Notes under the pieces: model-generated | Seen by the model: the letters and a program-made list of their open reading frames with translations, nothing else | The model's database searches: none | What the model was told of the DNA's origin: nothing | IMG/VR virus record: IMGVR_UViG_3300027816_000051 | Span: 124,001 to 188,000 of that record | Length of the DNA stretch: 64,000 nucleotides | Strand: one strand, 5' to 3' | Program-made: the position numbers and the translations under genes | Shown: positions 10,196 through 19,656 of the stretch, piece by piece | Layout: each line of letters begins with the position of its first letter | Numbering within the stretch: position 1 is the stretch's first letter

Positions 10196-11134
10196 ATGCC
10201 ATCAGTTGCCATTGAATACAAACCTGTTATTGACATCCTTGAAGATATTCTTGGTGACTGTAGAATGCACAACGAATACAAAGGACAGTTGGCGTTTGAT
10301 TGTCCAGTATGTTCCCACGAAATCAAAGGATTAGACCACGGTGATGGTAAAGGTAACTTGGAAATCAATTACAAAATGTTGGTTTATAAGTGTTGGTCAT
10401 GTTCTGAATTATACAATACCCATGGCTCGGTTTACAAACTCATAAAAAAATATGGAAACGAAAAACATCTAAAAAGATATGAGTTATTAAAACCTGATGA
10501 GGTAGAACTTGTGGTAAAACAATTCAAACAAGTTGAATTACCCAAAGAATTTATTGCACTTAACAATCCAAGTGACGGTGTTAAATTGACTCACCACTAT
10601 AGACAAGCCATGGCGTATCTAAAAAAGAGAAACGTTACTGACAAAATAATAAGAAAACACAATATAGGGTTTGCATTCTCAGGACCATATGAGAATAGAA
10701 TAATAATTCCATCTTATAATGAATGGAGACAAATCAATTACTTTGTTGCACGTTCATTTTTGTCAAAAACTAAATTAAAATATAAAAATCCTGACGTACA
10801 AAAAGAGACAATTATTTTTAATGAAAGTTTGATAGATTGGTCAAAAAAAATTTATTTAGTCGAGGGTGCGTTTGACTCTATTTTTTTAGATAATGCCGTC
10901 CCAATGTTAGGTAAGTACATAAGTGATTTACTCTTTAATAAAATATATGACCTTAGATGTGAAGTGACAATATTGTTAGATGGTGATGCGTGGGACGACG
11001 CAGAAAAATTATATCACAAATTAAATTGTGGTAAACTATTGGGTAAGATAAACATCGTGAAACTACCTAAAGACAAAGACATTGCAGATTTACAAGGAAA
11101 CTTAACCGAATACAAAGAATTTAAATTAGATTAA
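10196..11134 (+). CDS. DnaG-like DNA primase (Zn finger plus TOPRIM)
   Basis: CPVC...CWSC Zn finger; VEGAFD and LDGDA TOPRIM motifs; start moved to MPSVAIEY, downstream of a TTTG-N20-TATATTTT promoter. Confidence 0.85.
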   Translation: MPSVAIEYKPVIDILEDILGDCRMHNEYKGQLAFDCPVCSHEIKGLDHGDGKGNLEINYKMLVYKCWSCSELYNTHGSVYKLIKKYGNEKHLKRYELLKPDEVELVVKQFKQVELPKEFIALNNPSDGVKLTHHYRQAMAYLKKRNVTDKIIRKHNIGFAFSGPYENRIIIPSYNEWRQINYFVARSFLSKTKLKYKNPDVQKETIIFNESLIDWSKKIYLVEGAFDSIFLDNAVPMLGKYISDLLFNKIYDLRCEVTILLDGDAWDDAEKLYHKLNCGKLLGKINIVKLPKDKDIADLQGNLTEYKEFKLD

Positions 11135-11135
11135 A

Positions 11136-11990
11136 ATGAATTTAACAGAAATAGCACAGGAAATCAGAGAGTGTGTTGAAATTAGAAAAAAGGAGTTAGA
11201 ACTTACTTTTTATGAAGATGAACACATTTATTTTATGAGAGATTTAGATGGAAAACATAGAAATAATTTTCCATCCGTATCAAAAGTCATTAAAAAATTT
11301 TACATCCCATTTGATGCAGAATCTAAAGCTTACCAAATGACAGATGGTGACGAGGAAGAAACTCGTTTATTGTTAGAAAAATGGAAGAAAGCGGGTGATT
11401 ACTCTACAAATTTAGGTAGTAGGGTTCATTACATGTTAGAAACTGATTTAGTTGGTAGATATGGTAATTATAAAGATGTGAGACAACCAATTTTTGAATG
11501 TGACAATCAACAAATCATGAAGAGTGACAGTATGATATCAGCGGGTAAAGATTTTTTAACCTTGATGGAAGAAAGAGGTGCGGTACTCTTAGATACTGAA
11601 ATGGTGTTGGGTGACCCTGAACTAGGATATGTTGGTCAACCTGATAAATGCTGGCTGATGATGAACAAACAAAAAGACGGATTTGGAATTGTTGTTACGG
11701 ATTGGAAAACAAACCAAGAAAAGAATTTTCAAATACAACCCTATACTTCAAAAATGTTACACCCTTTTGAAAACTATTATGATACCGCTCTAAGTCACTA
11801 TTATGTTCAACTACCATTGTATGGTAAACTATTATTAAAAATGTTGGAAGGTAGTAAGTTTTCAGATATCAAATTATTAGGTTGTGTCATTACACATCTT
11901 AAAGATAATGGGACGTTTACGGAATACAAAGTCCCATCGGACATGACCAATTCGATTTTACAAATGGATATAAAAAAATACTTAAAATGA
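11136..11990 (+). CDS. PD-(D/E)XK superfamily exonuclease
   Basis: GSRVH, GQPD, DWKT and YYVQLPLY motifs. Confidence 0.75.
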   Translation: MNLTEIAQEIRECVEIRKKELELTFYEDEHIYFMRDLDGKHRNNFPSVSKVIKKFYIPFDAESKAYQMTDGDEEETRLLLEKWKKAGDYSTNLGSRVHYMLETDLVGRYGNYKDVRQPIFECDNQQIMKSDSMISAGKDFLTLMEERGAVLLDTEMVLGDPELGYVGQPDKCWLMMNKQKDGFGIVVTDWKTNQEKNFQIQPYTSKMLHPFENYYDTALSHYYVQLPLYGKLLLKMLEGSKFSDIKLLGCVITHLKDNGTFTEYKVPSDMTNSILQMDIKKYLK

Positions 11991-12793
11991 TAAGAAAAAT
12001 TATACACATATCTGATTTACACATCAGGACCTTTCAATTACATGACATGTATAAGAAACAATTCAAGATGGTAATTGACGATGCGATGAGAAGAGTGGAA
12101 GATTGTAATTACGATGAGATAAGAGTGGTCATTACTGGTGACATTGCTCATCAAAAAATTAATATCTCAAACGAACAAATGATGCTCACATCTTGGTTCC
12201 TAACACAGTTACACGAAAACATCGGACCTGTTATAATAATACCAGGAAACCATGATTTTTTAGAAAATAATGTGAGTAGATTGGATAGTATTACCCCAAT
12301 TGTTGAAATGTTGAATAATGAAAATGTCAAATATTTCAAAAACAGTGGGGTATATGAGGATGAGAACATTAATTGGGTGGTTTACTCTTTATATCAACAC
12401 AATCAAAAACCCGATTTTGAAAAAGAGGATAATAAATTTTATGTTGGTTTATTTCATGGACCAATACAAGGTTTGTCCACTGATTTAGGGTTCGAGTTTG
12501 AAAATGCCTACTCACCATTAAACTTTGTTGGTTTGGATTTATTACTTTGTGGTGATATCCATAAAAGACAAATGTTTGACTTACCCAACGGAGGTAAAGC
12601 TATCATGATTGGTTCTCTGATTCAACAAAATTTTGGTGAGACAGTTAATTATCACGGATACGGTGTTTATGACGTGGTAAACGATGAATACCATACTTAT
12701 GATATAGAGAATGAACAACCTTTTCTACATTTCTCCATATCTGACATATTAGATATTGACAATGAATCAGAAAAACTACTTAATATTAGATAA
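11987..12793 (+). CDS. Mre11/SbcD (T4 gp47-like) nuclease subunit
   Basis: ISDLH, TGD, PGNHD, FHG and GDIH metallophosphoesterase motifs; near the Rad50-like gene. Confidence 0.85.
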   Translation: MIRKIIHISDLHIRTFQLHDMYKKQFKMVIDDAMRRVEDCNYDEIRVVITGDIAHQKINISNEQMMLTSWFLTQLHENIGPVIIIPGNHDFLENNVSRLDSITPIVEMLNNENVKYFKNSGVYEDENINWVVYSLYQHNQKPDFEKEDNKFYVGLFHGPIQGLSTDLGFEFENAYSPLNFVGLDLLLCGDIHKRQMFDLPNGGKAIMIGSLIQQNFGETVNYHGYGVYDVVNDEYHTYDIENEQPFLHFSISDILDIDNESEKLLNIR

Positions 12794-13277
12794 TGAATTC
12801 ATAAAGTATTGTGAATTAAACAAAATTGAGAATCCTCAAGAATTTGCGGAACAAGTTTTTAAAAAAGGTTTCAATATTGTAAAGTACGGTGAAGTACCAT
12901 TTGGATTTTCATCTGGTGAAAAGATAGTAGAGAAGGAAGTAATCAAAGAAATTATTAAAGAGATTCCCGTAGATAGGATAATTGAAAAACCAATTGAAAT
13001 TATTCGAGAAGTTATTAAAGAGGTACCTGTTGAAGTTATTAAAGAGGTACCGGTGGAGATAAAAGGGGATACTCAGATTGTAGTAAGAGAGGTTATAAAA
13101 GAAGTCCCAATTGAAAAGATTATTGAGGTAAAAAATGACGAAGAATTAAACACTTTAAAAGTTGAAAATGAGAAATTAAAGTCTGAATTGGAAAGTCTAA
13201 CAAAATCATTAGAGGGTCTCGGCAGAAAGGGTAAATTTATGAAGGACAGTAACCTCTCATCTTTATATGGTGAATAA
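12756..13277 (+). CDS. Hypothetical protein with EVIKEVP repeats and coiled coil
   Basis: Repeated (V/I)IKE(V/I)P units. Confidence 0.6.
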   Translation: MTMNQKNYLILDNEFIKYCELNKIENPQEFAEQVFKKGFNIVKYGEVPFGFSSGEKIVEKEVIKEIIKEIPVDRIIEKPIEIIREVIKEVPVEVIKEVPVEIKGDTQIVVREVIKEVPIEKIIEVKNDEELNTLKVENEKLKSELESLTKSLEGLGRKGKFMKDSNLSSLYGE

Positions 13278-13325
13278 TTTTTTTATTGATTTTTTTTTCA
13301 TATATTTTATAAAATACATTCAAAC

Positions 13326-13670
13326 ATGACAAACATTTTTATTTGGATTATGGCAGCATATGGAATGAGCACTATAATCGTTTACGGTTCTATTTTTGAC
13401 TCTGTAAGAGATTCCATACATAATTGGGCCAAAAATGAATACGCTCCTTTACAAGGAGTTGGAAATTTTATTTCAGGATTGATTAGTTGTATGTTATGTA
13501 CATCAACATGGGTTGGATTCTTCTTTTCAATCTGTCTCGGGGGAATGACAACTCATTTTGGTATTCATTGGTTACCATCTATTTTCTTTGACGGTATGTT
13601 TACCGCGGGAAGTGTATGGGCTATAAATGGAATAGTTGAATTCTTTGAAGAAAGTAGATTCAATAAATAA
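13326..13670 (+). CDS. Membrane protein, DUF1360-like
   Basis: Three hydrophobic segments; LISCMLCTSTWVG C-x2-C-x3-W motif. Confidence 0.45.
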   Translation: MTNIFIWIMAAYGMSTIIVYGSIFDSVRDSIHNWAKNEYAPLQGVGNFISGLISCMLCTSTWVGFFFSICLGGMTTHFGIHWLPSIFFDGMFTAGSVWAINGIVEFFEESRFNK

Positions 13671-13698
13671 ACCCTGACGGGATGTTCAAAAATTTTAA

Positions 13699-14205
13699 AT
13701 GGGTTACATAAAAAGAAGTTTTGATGACACTGAAGTAAGAAATTTTGCTAAAATTTTCATTAAAGAAGTTTTTAACATTTTGTTCGAGTCACATCCTAAT
13801 TCAAAAGCAATTGATTTAATTTGTGTTGACGATAATTCATTTGGTGTGGAGTTGGAAAGAGGGGGTTGGATTGGTGATTTTTGGGAGAATGAATATTCCT
13901 TGATTAGTGGTTATGATTTTAGGACTGTTAATATTCCAATACGGAAGGTAAAGTATTGGTACGATAAAGTAGGTGATACTATAACCCCAAACAAAAATAA
14001 GCATTGGTTTATTAGAACAAACAGAGATTTTACTCAAGTTATATTAATAAAACCAACCACAATTAAGAATAAAGACAAAATACTTTTCACAGAATTCAAA
14101 CCAAACAATAGTGAAGAGATAGAAAAATGGATGTCATTTAAAAAAGAACACGTTCAAACCTATAACTTAAAGAAGAACAAATGGACACTACAAAGAAAGA
14201 AGTAA
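13699..14205 (+). CDS. Hypothetical protein, possible PD-(D/E)XK-fold nuclease
   Basis: AIDL...GVELE pattern; weak. Confidence 0.4.
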   Translation: MGYIKRSFDDTEVRNFAKIFIKEVFNILFESHPNSKAIDLICVDDNSFGVELERGGWIGDFWENEYSLISGYDFRTVNIPIRKVKYWYDKVGDTITPNKNKHWFIRTNRDFTQVILIKPTTIKNKDKILFTEFKPNNSEEIEKWMSFKKEHVQTYNLKKNKWTLQRKK

Positions 14206-16547
14206 CCAATCTTAAAAATCCCTACATTAAAGTTACATGGCAGGATACACATGAGAACTTCACCTCTGAAAAACTCAATAGAGTTAAATCATATTTTCAA
14301 AAGAAATACAACACAAAGTACGTTCAAATTATAACTAAAGTTATATCCAATGATGACCAAACAAAATTAGCGTCATTAGACATAACAGAAAATATTTCTG
14401 ATTTTCAGTACCAAAAAACTTTGATGAAAGATTTCGTTGAGGAGAATGAAATCAATATATCATTAGAAAGACTTAATAATCTTGACAATAAAGTAAATGA
14501 AGAATTCATCCGTAAAAACGGTGATAGAATCAAATACACTAAATGGTATATCAAAAAGGTTGAATTTTCAAATTTCCTGTCCTATGGGGGAAACAATGAG
14601 ATTGATTTTACCATATTACCCGGCATCACAGTTGTAGAATCTACACCCAAAAATTTTGGTGGTAAGTCAACTGCAACAGTTGATTTAATGATGTTTTTAT
14701 TTTTTAATAAAACCACAAAAACTAAAACCAATTCAGAAATTTTCAATAGGTTCAGTAACAATGACGAAGTAAAAGTTAAGGGATACATAACCATAGACAA
14801 TGAGGACTACATTATTGAGAGAATAAGCTCACGTAAGAAAACAAAAAGTGGTGATTATACCGTCACAAATAAATTGGATTTTTATAAAAAAAATCAAGAT
14901 GGTACGATTGAAAATTTAACAGGTGAACAACGTAGAGAAACTGAAGATTTTATAACAAAGGCAATCGGCACAGAGGAAGATTTTCTATCAACAATATTAA
15001 CAACTGGAAATAATTTAGAAGAACTCATTGAATCAAAACCTACTGCAAGAGGTTTAATACTTACAAAGTTTTTAGGTTTAGAAATTCTTAAAGAAAAAGA
15101 AGAAATCTGTAAAACAATTCAAAGTGAATGGAGTAAAAAATTGATTTCCAATAATCATAATATGAATGATTTGGAAACAGAGATTACTTCTTTTCAAGAA
15201 GGTATCGATGAAAACAAATCAGAAATATCTAGATTAGAAATTGAAACAACAAAAACTCAGTCAACCTTAAAAAATGCGGAAAATAAAAGAGATGATTTGT
15301 TGTCAAAAAGAAACACAGATATTGACCAAGATTTAATTCGTACCAATACAAGTCAAATAAAGGTTGATATTAGTAATTTGGAAAAACAAAAACAAGTTTC
15401 AATTACTAACGCCGATTCTGTTAATGTAAAAGAACCTTCACAGTTTTATCTTGAGGAAAATCATTTGTTACTAAAAGATGAAATGAATGGAATAGTTGTG
15501 GAAGGTAGAGTAAATGCTGACTCCATTAAACGAAACGAAGAACTAATAAAACAATTAGAGGAAGGACAAATATGTCCGACCTGTAAAAGAGCATTAGCTG
15601 AGGTTGACCACACTGATGAAATAAATAAATTAAAAGAATTGGTCGAATCAATTAGGAAAATTCAAACAGATAATCGTAAGAAGTATGATGAATTAACTGA
15701 AAAGGAAAAGGTCTTTATTGATTTGAAAAAAGAGTACGATGGGTACGAAAAAAACAAAATTAAAAAGACAAGGTATGAGTTGGAGGTCGAGCAGAAAAAA
15801 ATAGAAATTGAAAAGTTACAAACAAAACTTGATAACTATGACCGCAACAAACAAAAGTTAGAAGAGAATCAAAGAATAGATGCTGAAATTGTGGGTTTAA
15901 AGTCTCAAATTGAAACCCTCAATGCAAATCTAAGAAGTTATGGCACTACTATTGAAAGATTAAAAAATCAGAATCAAACTTTAACTGAAAAAATTGAAAC
16001 TAATAAGGATTTAATTAGAAAGATAAAAGTTGAAAATGAAACTCAATCTATCTTCAAGGTTTACCTAACCGTTTTCGGTAAGAATGGAATCTCAAAGGTT
16101 ATTTTAAAAAATATGGTCCCACTAATTAACCAAGAGTTGTACAGACTTTTAGTTGATAGTTGTCACTTTATTTTAGAATTGAACATCAACGAGAGAAACG
16201 AGGTTGAATTTATAATGATTGATACTGAAACTAGAGTAGTAAAACCACTCGTTAGTGGTTCGGGTTATGAAAGAACTATTTCATCACTTGCCCTTCGAAG
16301 CGTATTAACCAAGATATCGTCATTACCCAAACCAAATATTGTTGTAATGGATGAAGTATTTGGTAAAATTGCGGATGAGAATTTGGAAATGGTGGGAGAG
16401 TTCTTCAAAAAAATTAAAGATTATTTTGAACACATATTTGTTATTTCCCATAACCCATTAATTAGAAACTGGTCGGACAATTTGGTTATGGTCAAAAAAG
16501 ATAACAACATTAGTTCAATTGATTTTATCACACCAAAAATTTCTTAA
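14181..16547 (+). CDS. Rad50/SbcC (T4 gp46-like) ATPase with N-terminal extension
   Basis: FSNFLSYG, Walker A variant NFGGKST, CPTC Zn hook, coiled coils, Walker B VVMDE, ISH H-loop. Confidence 0.9.
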   Translation: MDTTKKEVTNLKNPYIKVTWQDTHENFTSEKLNRVKSYFQKKYNTKYVQIITKVISNDDQTKLASLDITENISDFQYQKTLMKDFVEENEINISLERLNNLDNKVNEEFIRKNGDRIKYTKWYIKKVEFSNFLSYGGNNEIDFTILPGITVVESTPKNFGGKSTATVDLMMFLFFNKTTKTKTNSEIFNRFSNNDEVKVKGYITIDNEDYIIERISSRKKTKSGDYTVTNKLDFYKKNQDGTIENLTGEQRRETEDFITKAIGTEEDFLSTILTTGNNLEELIESKPTARGLILTKFLGLEILKEKEEICKTIQSEWSKKLISNNHNMNDLETEITSFQEGIDENKSEISRLEIETTKTQSTLKNAENKRDDLLSKRNTDIDQDLIRTNTSQIKVDISNLEKQKQVSITNADSVNVKEPSQFYLEENHLLLKDEMNGIVVEGRVNADSIKRNEELIKQLEEGQICPTCKRALAEVDHTDEINKLKELVESIRKIQTDNRKKYDELTEKEKVFIDLKKEYDGYEKNKIKKTRYELEVEQKKIEIEKLQTKLDNYDRNKQKLEENQRIDAEIVGLKSQIETLNANLRSYGTTIERLKNQNQTLTEKIETNKDLIRKIKVENETQSIFKVYLTVFGKNGISKVILKNMVPLINQELYRLLVDSCHFILELNINERNEVEFIMIDTETRVVKPLVSGSGYERTISSLALRSVLTKISSLPKPNIVVMDEVFGKIADENLEMVGEFFKKIKDYFEHIFVISHNPLIRNWSDNLVMVKKDNNISSIDFITPKIS

Positions 16548-16586
16548 TATCACTTTTTTTTCTTAGATTTAAAAAAAATAATTCAC

Positions 16587-17261
16587 ATGAACAGTAAACT
16601 ATATAAAGACTTCGGACTATTCGCTAAGGACAAAGGGATTAGCGGTTTAAATTTACATCACTACAACAAACAAGTTGAAGACAGTTTAACTCCATACATA
16701 TTGGAAGAGAGACAAATGAACGTAACCGTGATGGATGTATTCTCACGATTGATGATGGAAAGAATCATATGGGTTGCGGGTGTTGTAAACGATAACATGT
16801 CGACAGTGGTTCAAGCTCAACTTATGTTTTTAGACAGTATCGATAATACTGATATCACAATGCACATTGATAGTCCTGGTGGTTCTGTAAAAAGTGGATT
16901 ATCAATGGTGGATGTAATGGATTATATCAACTCGGATATTCGTACAATCAACACTGGAATGGCAGCATCTATGGGTTCGGTTTTACTTGGTGCGGGTACA
17001 AAAGGTAAGAGATGTTCACTAAGATTCAGTAGAACAATGTTACATCAGTCTTCAGGAGGTTTTGAAGGTAATATTCAGGATGCTAAGATTAATATGAAAG
17101 AATGGGAAAAATTAAATAAAATTCTATTTGACCTATTGGGTGAATATTGTAACAAACCATCCGAAGTTGTCATGGAGGATGCGTCGAGAGATTTGTGGTT
17201 ATCATCAGAAGATGCGTTGAGTTATGGCATTATCGATGAGATAATTAGAAAGAAAAAATAA
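16587..17261 (+). CDS. clpP: ATP-dependent Clp protease proteolytic subunit
   Basis: FSRLMMERII, IDSPGG, AASMG (Ser), MLHQ (His), RDLW (Asp). Confidence 0.92.
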   Translation: MNSKLYKDFGLFAKDKGISGLNLHHYNKQVEDSLTPYILEERQMNVTVMDVFSRLMMERIIWVAGVVNDNMSTVVQAQLMFLDSIDNTDITMHIDSPGGSVKSGLSMVDVMDYINSDIRTINTGMAASMGSVLLGAGTKGKRCSLRFSRTMLHQSSGGFEGNIQDAKINMKEWEKLNKILFDLLGEYCNKPSEVVMEDASRDLWLSSEDALSYGIIDEIIRKKK

Positions 17262-17283
17262 TTATTATTAATATTTATATCAT

Positions 17284-17676
17284 ATGGACGAAAGACTTTT
17301 AAACGCAAAAGAAAATACAAATAAAATTGCAGGTTTTCTTGCAAAGAACTATAAAACCGTTTTAATGGTTGTGTTCGGGTTGTTCGTTCTGTATTGGATG
17401 ATTTTCATTTTAACACCTCGAGTGGGTATGTCACCTGAAGATAAGGCGAAGATTGATTCTTTGAATGTTGTAATTAATAACATGTATAAAGAACAAGAAA
17501 TGTTAGACGATAAAATCGACAACATCAATAAAGAAATTGGAGAAGTTGATAATAGTATCGATAAAATTAAAAATCAAAAAACAATAGTAAAGGAAGTATA
17601 TCATGAAAAAATTAATCGTGTTTCTAATTTTACTGAGCCAGAGCTTGATAGCTTTTTCTCAGACAGATACAAATAA
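17284..17676 (+). CDS. Membrane-anchored coiled-coil protein (i-spanin-like topology)
   Basis: One N-terminal TM helix then heptad repeats; TATTTAT at 17272-17278. Confidence 0.5.
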   Translation: MDERLLNAKENTNKIAGFLAKNYKTVLMVVFGLFVLYWMIFILTPRVGMSPEDKAKIDSLNVVINNMYKEQEMLDDKIDNINKEIGEVDNSIDKIKNQKTIVKEVYHEKINRVSNFTEPELDSFFSDRYK

Positions 17677-18031
17677 TAAAAATCGAACCCCCGAACCAGT
17701 AAAATGTTTACCGGTTTCTACATTTAAGTCAATTGCTAAAGACTTATTAAGAGGTGATTCTGCGATTGCTGAATTGAAATTATCAAATGAACAAATCACA
17801 AAATTAGAGGAAAAGGTTTCACTGAAAGATAGTGTAATTGTTACCATGCAGAAGAAAGAGGAAAATTATTTAACAATAATTAAATCTCAAGACGAAAAAT
17901 ATCAAATTTTAGAAAATCACACAAAAAATTTAGAATTACAGTTGAAGAAAGAAAAGGTGAAAAATAAGTTCAAAACCATCGTTGGGGGTGGACTTATTGC
18001 AATTTTATCCGTATTTTTAATCGTACAGTAA
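17603..18031 (+). CDS. Secreted coiled-coil protein with C-terminal TM anchor
   Basis: Signal peptide MKKLIVFLILLSQSLIAFS/Q; overlaps the previous gene by 74 nt. Confidence 0.55.
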   Translation: MKKLIVFLILLSQSLIAFSQTDTNNKNRTPEPVKCLPVSTFKSIAKDLLRGDSAIAELKLSNEQITKLEEKVSLKDSVIVTMQKKEENYLTIIKSQDEKYQILENHTKNLELQLKKEKVKNKFKTIVGGGLIAILSVFLIVQ

Positions 18032-18040
18032 TTTATTTGA

Positions 18041-18502
18041 ATGAAGACATATCTTTTATTTTTATTCGCGAATTTCGAAGACCACGAAGACATTGAATTT
18101 TTTTGTTTGGAAGTTCTTGGAGTTAGTCCAAAAATTGCCAAGGTTAGGTTTGTTATTGAAGATACGTCTAAAAGTATAATAGTTATATTTGAATCCGAAT
18201 CAAATAGAAAAGAGCTCTCTGAAGAACTTCACAATATTATTTCTATGGAGGATGTGAAATTTTACTTCCTCTTCGAAAGAGAAAGTATATATAGTGCCAA
18301 TTTACCTATACAGATGAAGGACTTTATGTTTAAGCCAAGTGAAGAATATAGTTCATTAAGGTTAGAATATAATAAAAAAGAAAACACCGAGAACCCTAAC
18401 GAAACAATGGACCTTGATAATATTTTAGAGAAAATTGAACAGGAGGGGATAGACAGTTTGACTCCTGACGAAAAAAAATTCTTGGATGGCTTCCAAAATT
18501 GA
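18041..18502 (+). CDS. Hypothetical protein with DUF6576-like C-terminal motif
   Basis: LDNILEKIEQEGIDSLTPDEKKFLD. Confidence 0.5.
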   Translation: MKTYLLFLFANFEDHEDIEFFCLEVLGVSPKIAKVRFVIEDTSKSIIVIFESESNRKELSEELHNIISMEDVKFYFLFERESIYSANLPIQMKDFMFKPSEEYSSLRLEYNKKENTENPNETMDLDNILEKIEQEGIDSLTPDEKKFLDGFQN

Positions 18503-18546
18503 TTTTTTTTACATATTTTTACCCATGAACCACAAACCGAACATTC

Positions 18547-19359
18547 ATGGCCAAAACATTACTAATCAACACTGAAGAAATTCAGAACTACATCAAAGAC
18601 ATCCGAAAGATTAAGGTAATTACTCACCAAAGACAGGATGAAGTCTTCGAACTCTTAAAAAATAAAGACCTACCTAAGAAGGAAAGAGTCGATTTGTTAA
18701 ACGAACTCGTAGTGGGTAATCTACGTTTTGTAATCACCGTCGCTAAATCATATCAAAACAATGGTATGGATTTAATTGATTTAATATCCGAAGGTAATAT
18801 CGGTCTCATACGAGCCGCCGAAAGATTTGACCCTAACAGTGGTTACAAATTTATTTCATATGCTGTTTGGTGGATTAAACAATCTATTATGGCTTCTCTA
18901 AACGAGAATTCAAGGATGATAAGACTGCCGTCAAACATTATTCAGGAAAATCAAAAAAGAAAGAAAAATGAACAGTTAAATGTTGATGACCCTTTCTTTA
19001 TCAATTATGAAGATAATGGGGCAGAAATAGTACTACCTCATTGTGTAAACTTGAATGATGAAATAAATGAAGAGGGAGACCAATTAATCGATACCATCAT
19101 TAATGTCAACGCTGATAACCCTGAAGACATTTTAAATACGTCTGAAGAAATTAAAAAAAGAGTTTCTCAAATGCTTTCAATCCTTGACGATAGAGAAAAG
19201 GTCATTATTGAAAAGTCTTATGGGTTGAACGGTATTGAAATGAATTTAGAAGACTTGGGTGATGAATTCGGATGCACTAAAGAACGTATTAGACAACTAC
19301 GTGATAAAGCACTAAAGAAACTTCGTAACGACAGTTATGGATTATTAAACTATTTATAA
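18547..19359 (+). CDS. RpoD/RpoS-family RNA polymerase sigma factor
   Basis: NLRFVITVAKSY, DLISEGNIGLIRAAERFD, FISYAVWWIKQ (region 2); LEDLG...KERIRQL (region 4). Confidence 0.92.
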   Translation: MAKTLLINTEEIQNYIKDIRKIKVITHQRQDEVFELLKNKDLPKKERVDLLNELVVGNLRFVITVAKSYQNNGMDLIDLISEGNIGLIRAAERFDPNSGYKFISYAVWWIKQSIMASLNENSRMIRLPSNIIQENQKRKKNEQLNVDDPFFINYEDNGAEIVLPHCVNLNDEINEEGDQLIDTIINVNADNPEDILNTSEEIKKRVSQMLSILDDREKVIIEKSYGLNGIEMNLEDLGDEFGCTKERIRQLRDKALKKLRNDSYGLLNYL

Positions 19360-19368
19360 ATAAAAAAC

Positions 19369-19656
19369 ATGAAAAATTTTATTCAAAAAAATTTCACAAT
19401 AATCGTTTTGGTTGTTGCACTTTTAGGATTTTTTAAAAGTTGTGGCGACGGAAGAGAACTCTCTAAAATGAGAAAGGAAATTGAGTCAATTAAAGATTCT
19501 ACCTACACCAAAGAAGAATTGGATGTTAGGTTAAGAATTGAAGGATTGAAATCAGAAAAAAGAATGATTCAAGCAACTGATAGAAAAATTTTAGATGTAA
19601 ACCGTCAAACTGAAATTGATAATGAAATAAGCAAGTTGGAAAATAGTGTTAAATGA
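19369..19656 (+). CDS. Small envelope protein, possible lipoprotein, with coiled coil
   Basis: Hydrophobic N-terminus ending FKSCG; TATTTAT at 19351-19357. Confidence 0.5.
   Translation: MKNFIQKNFTIIVLVVALLGFFKSCGDGRELSKMRKEIESIKDSTYTKEELDVRLRIEGLKSEKRMIQATDRKILDVNRQTEIDNEISKLENSVK

Noticed and set aside
16587-17261. ClpP as the prohead maturation protease
   Set aside because: It looks like a full host-type ClpP and is not next to portal or capsid genes in this window; the role cannot be supported
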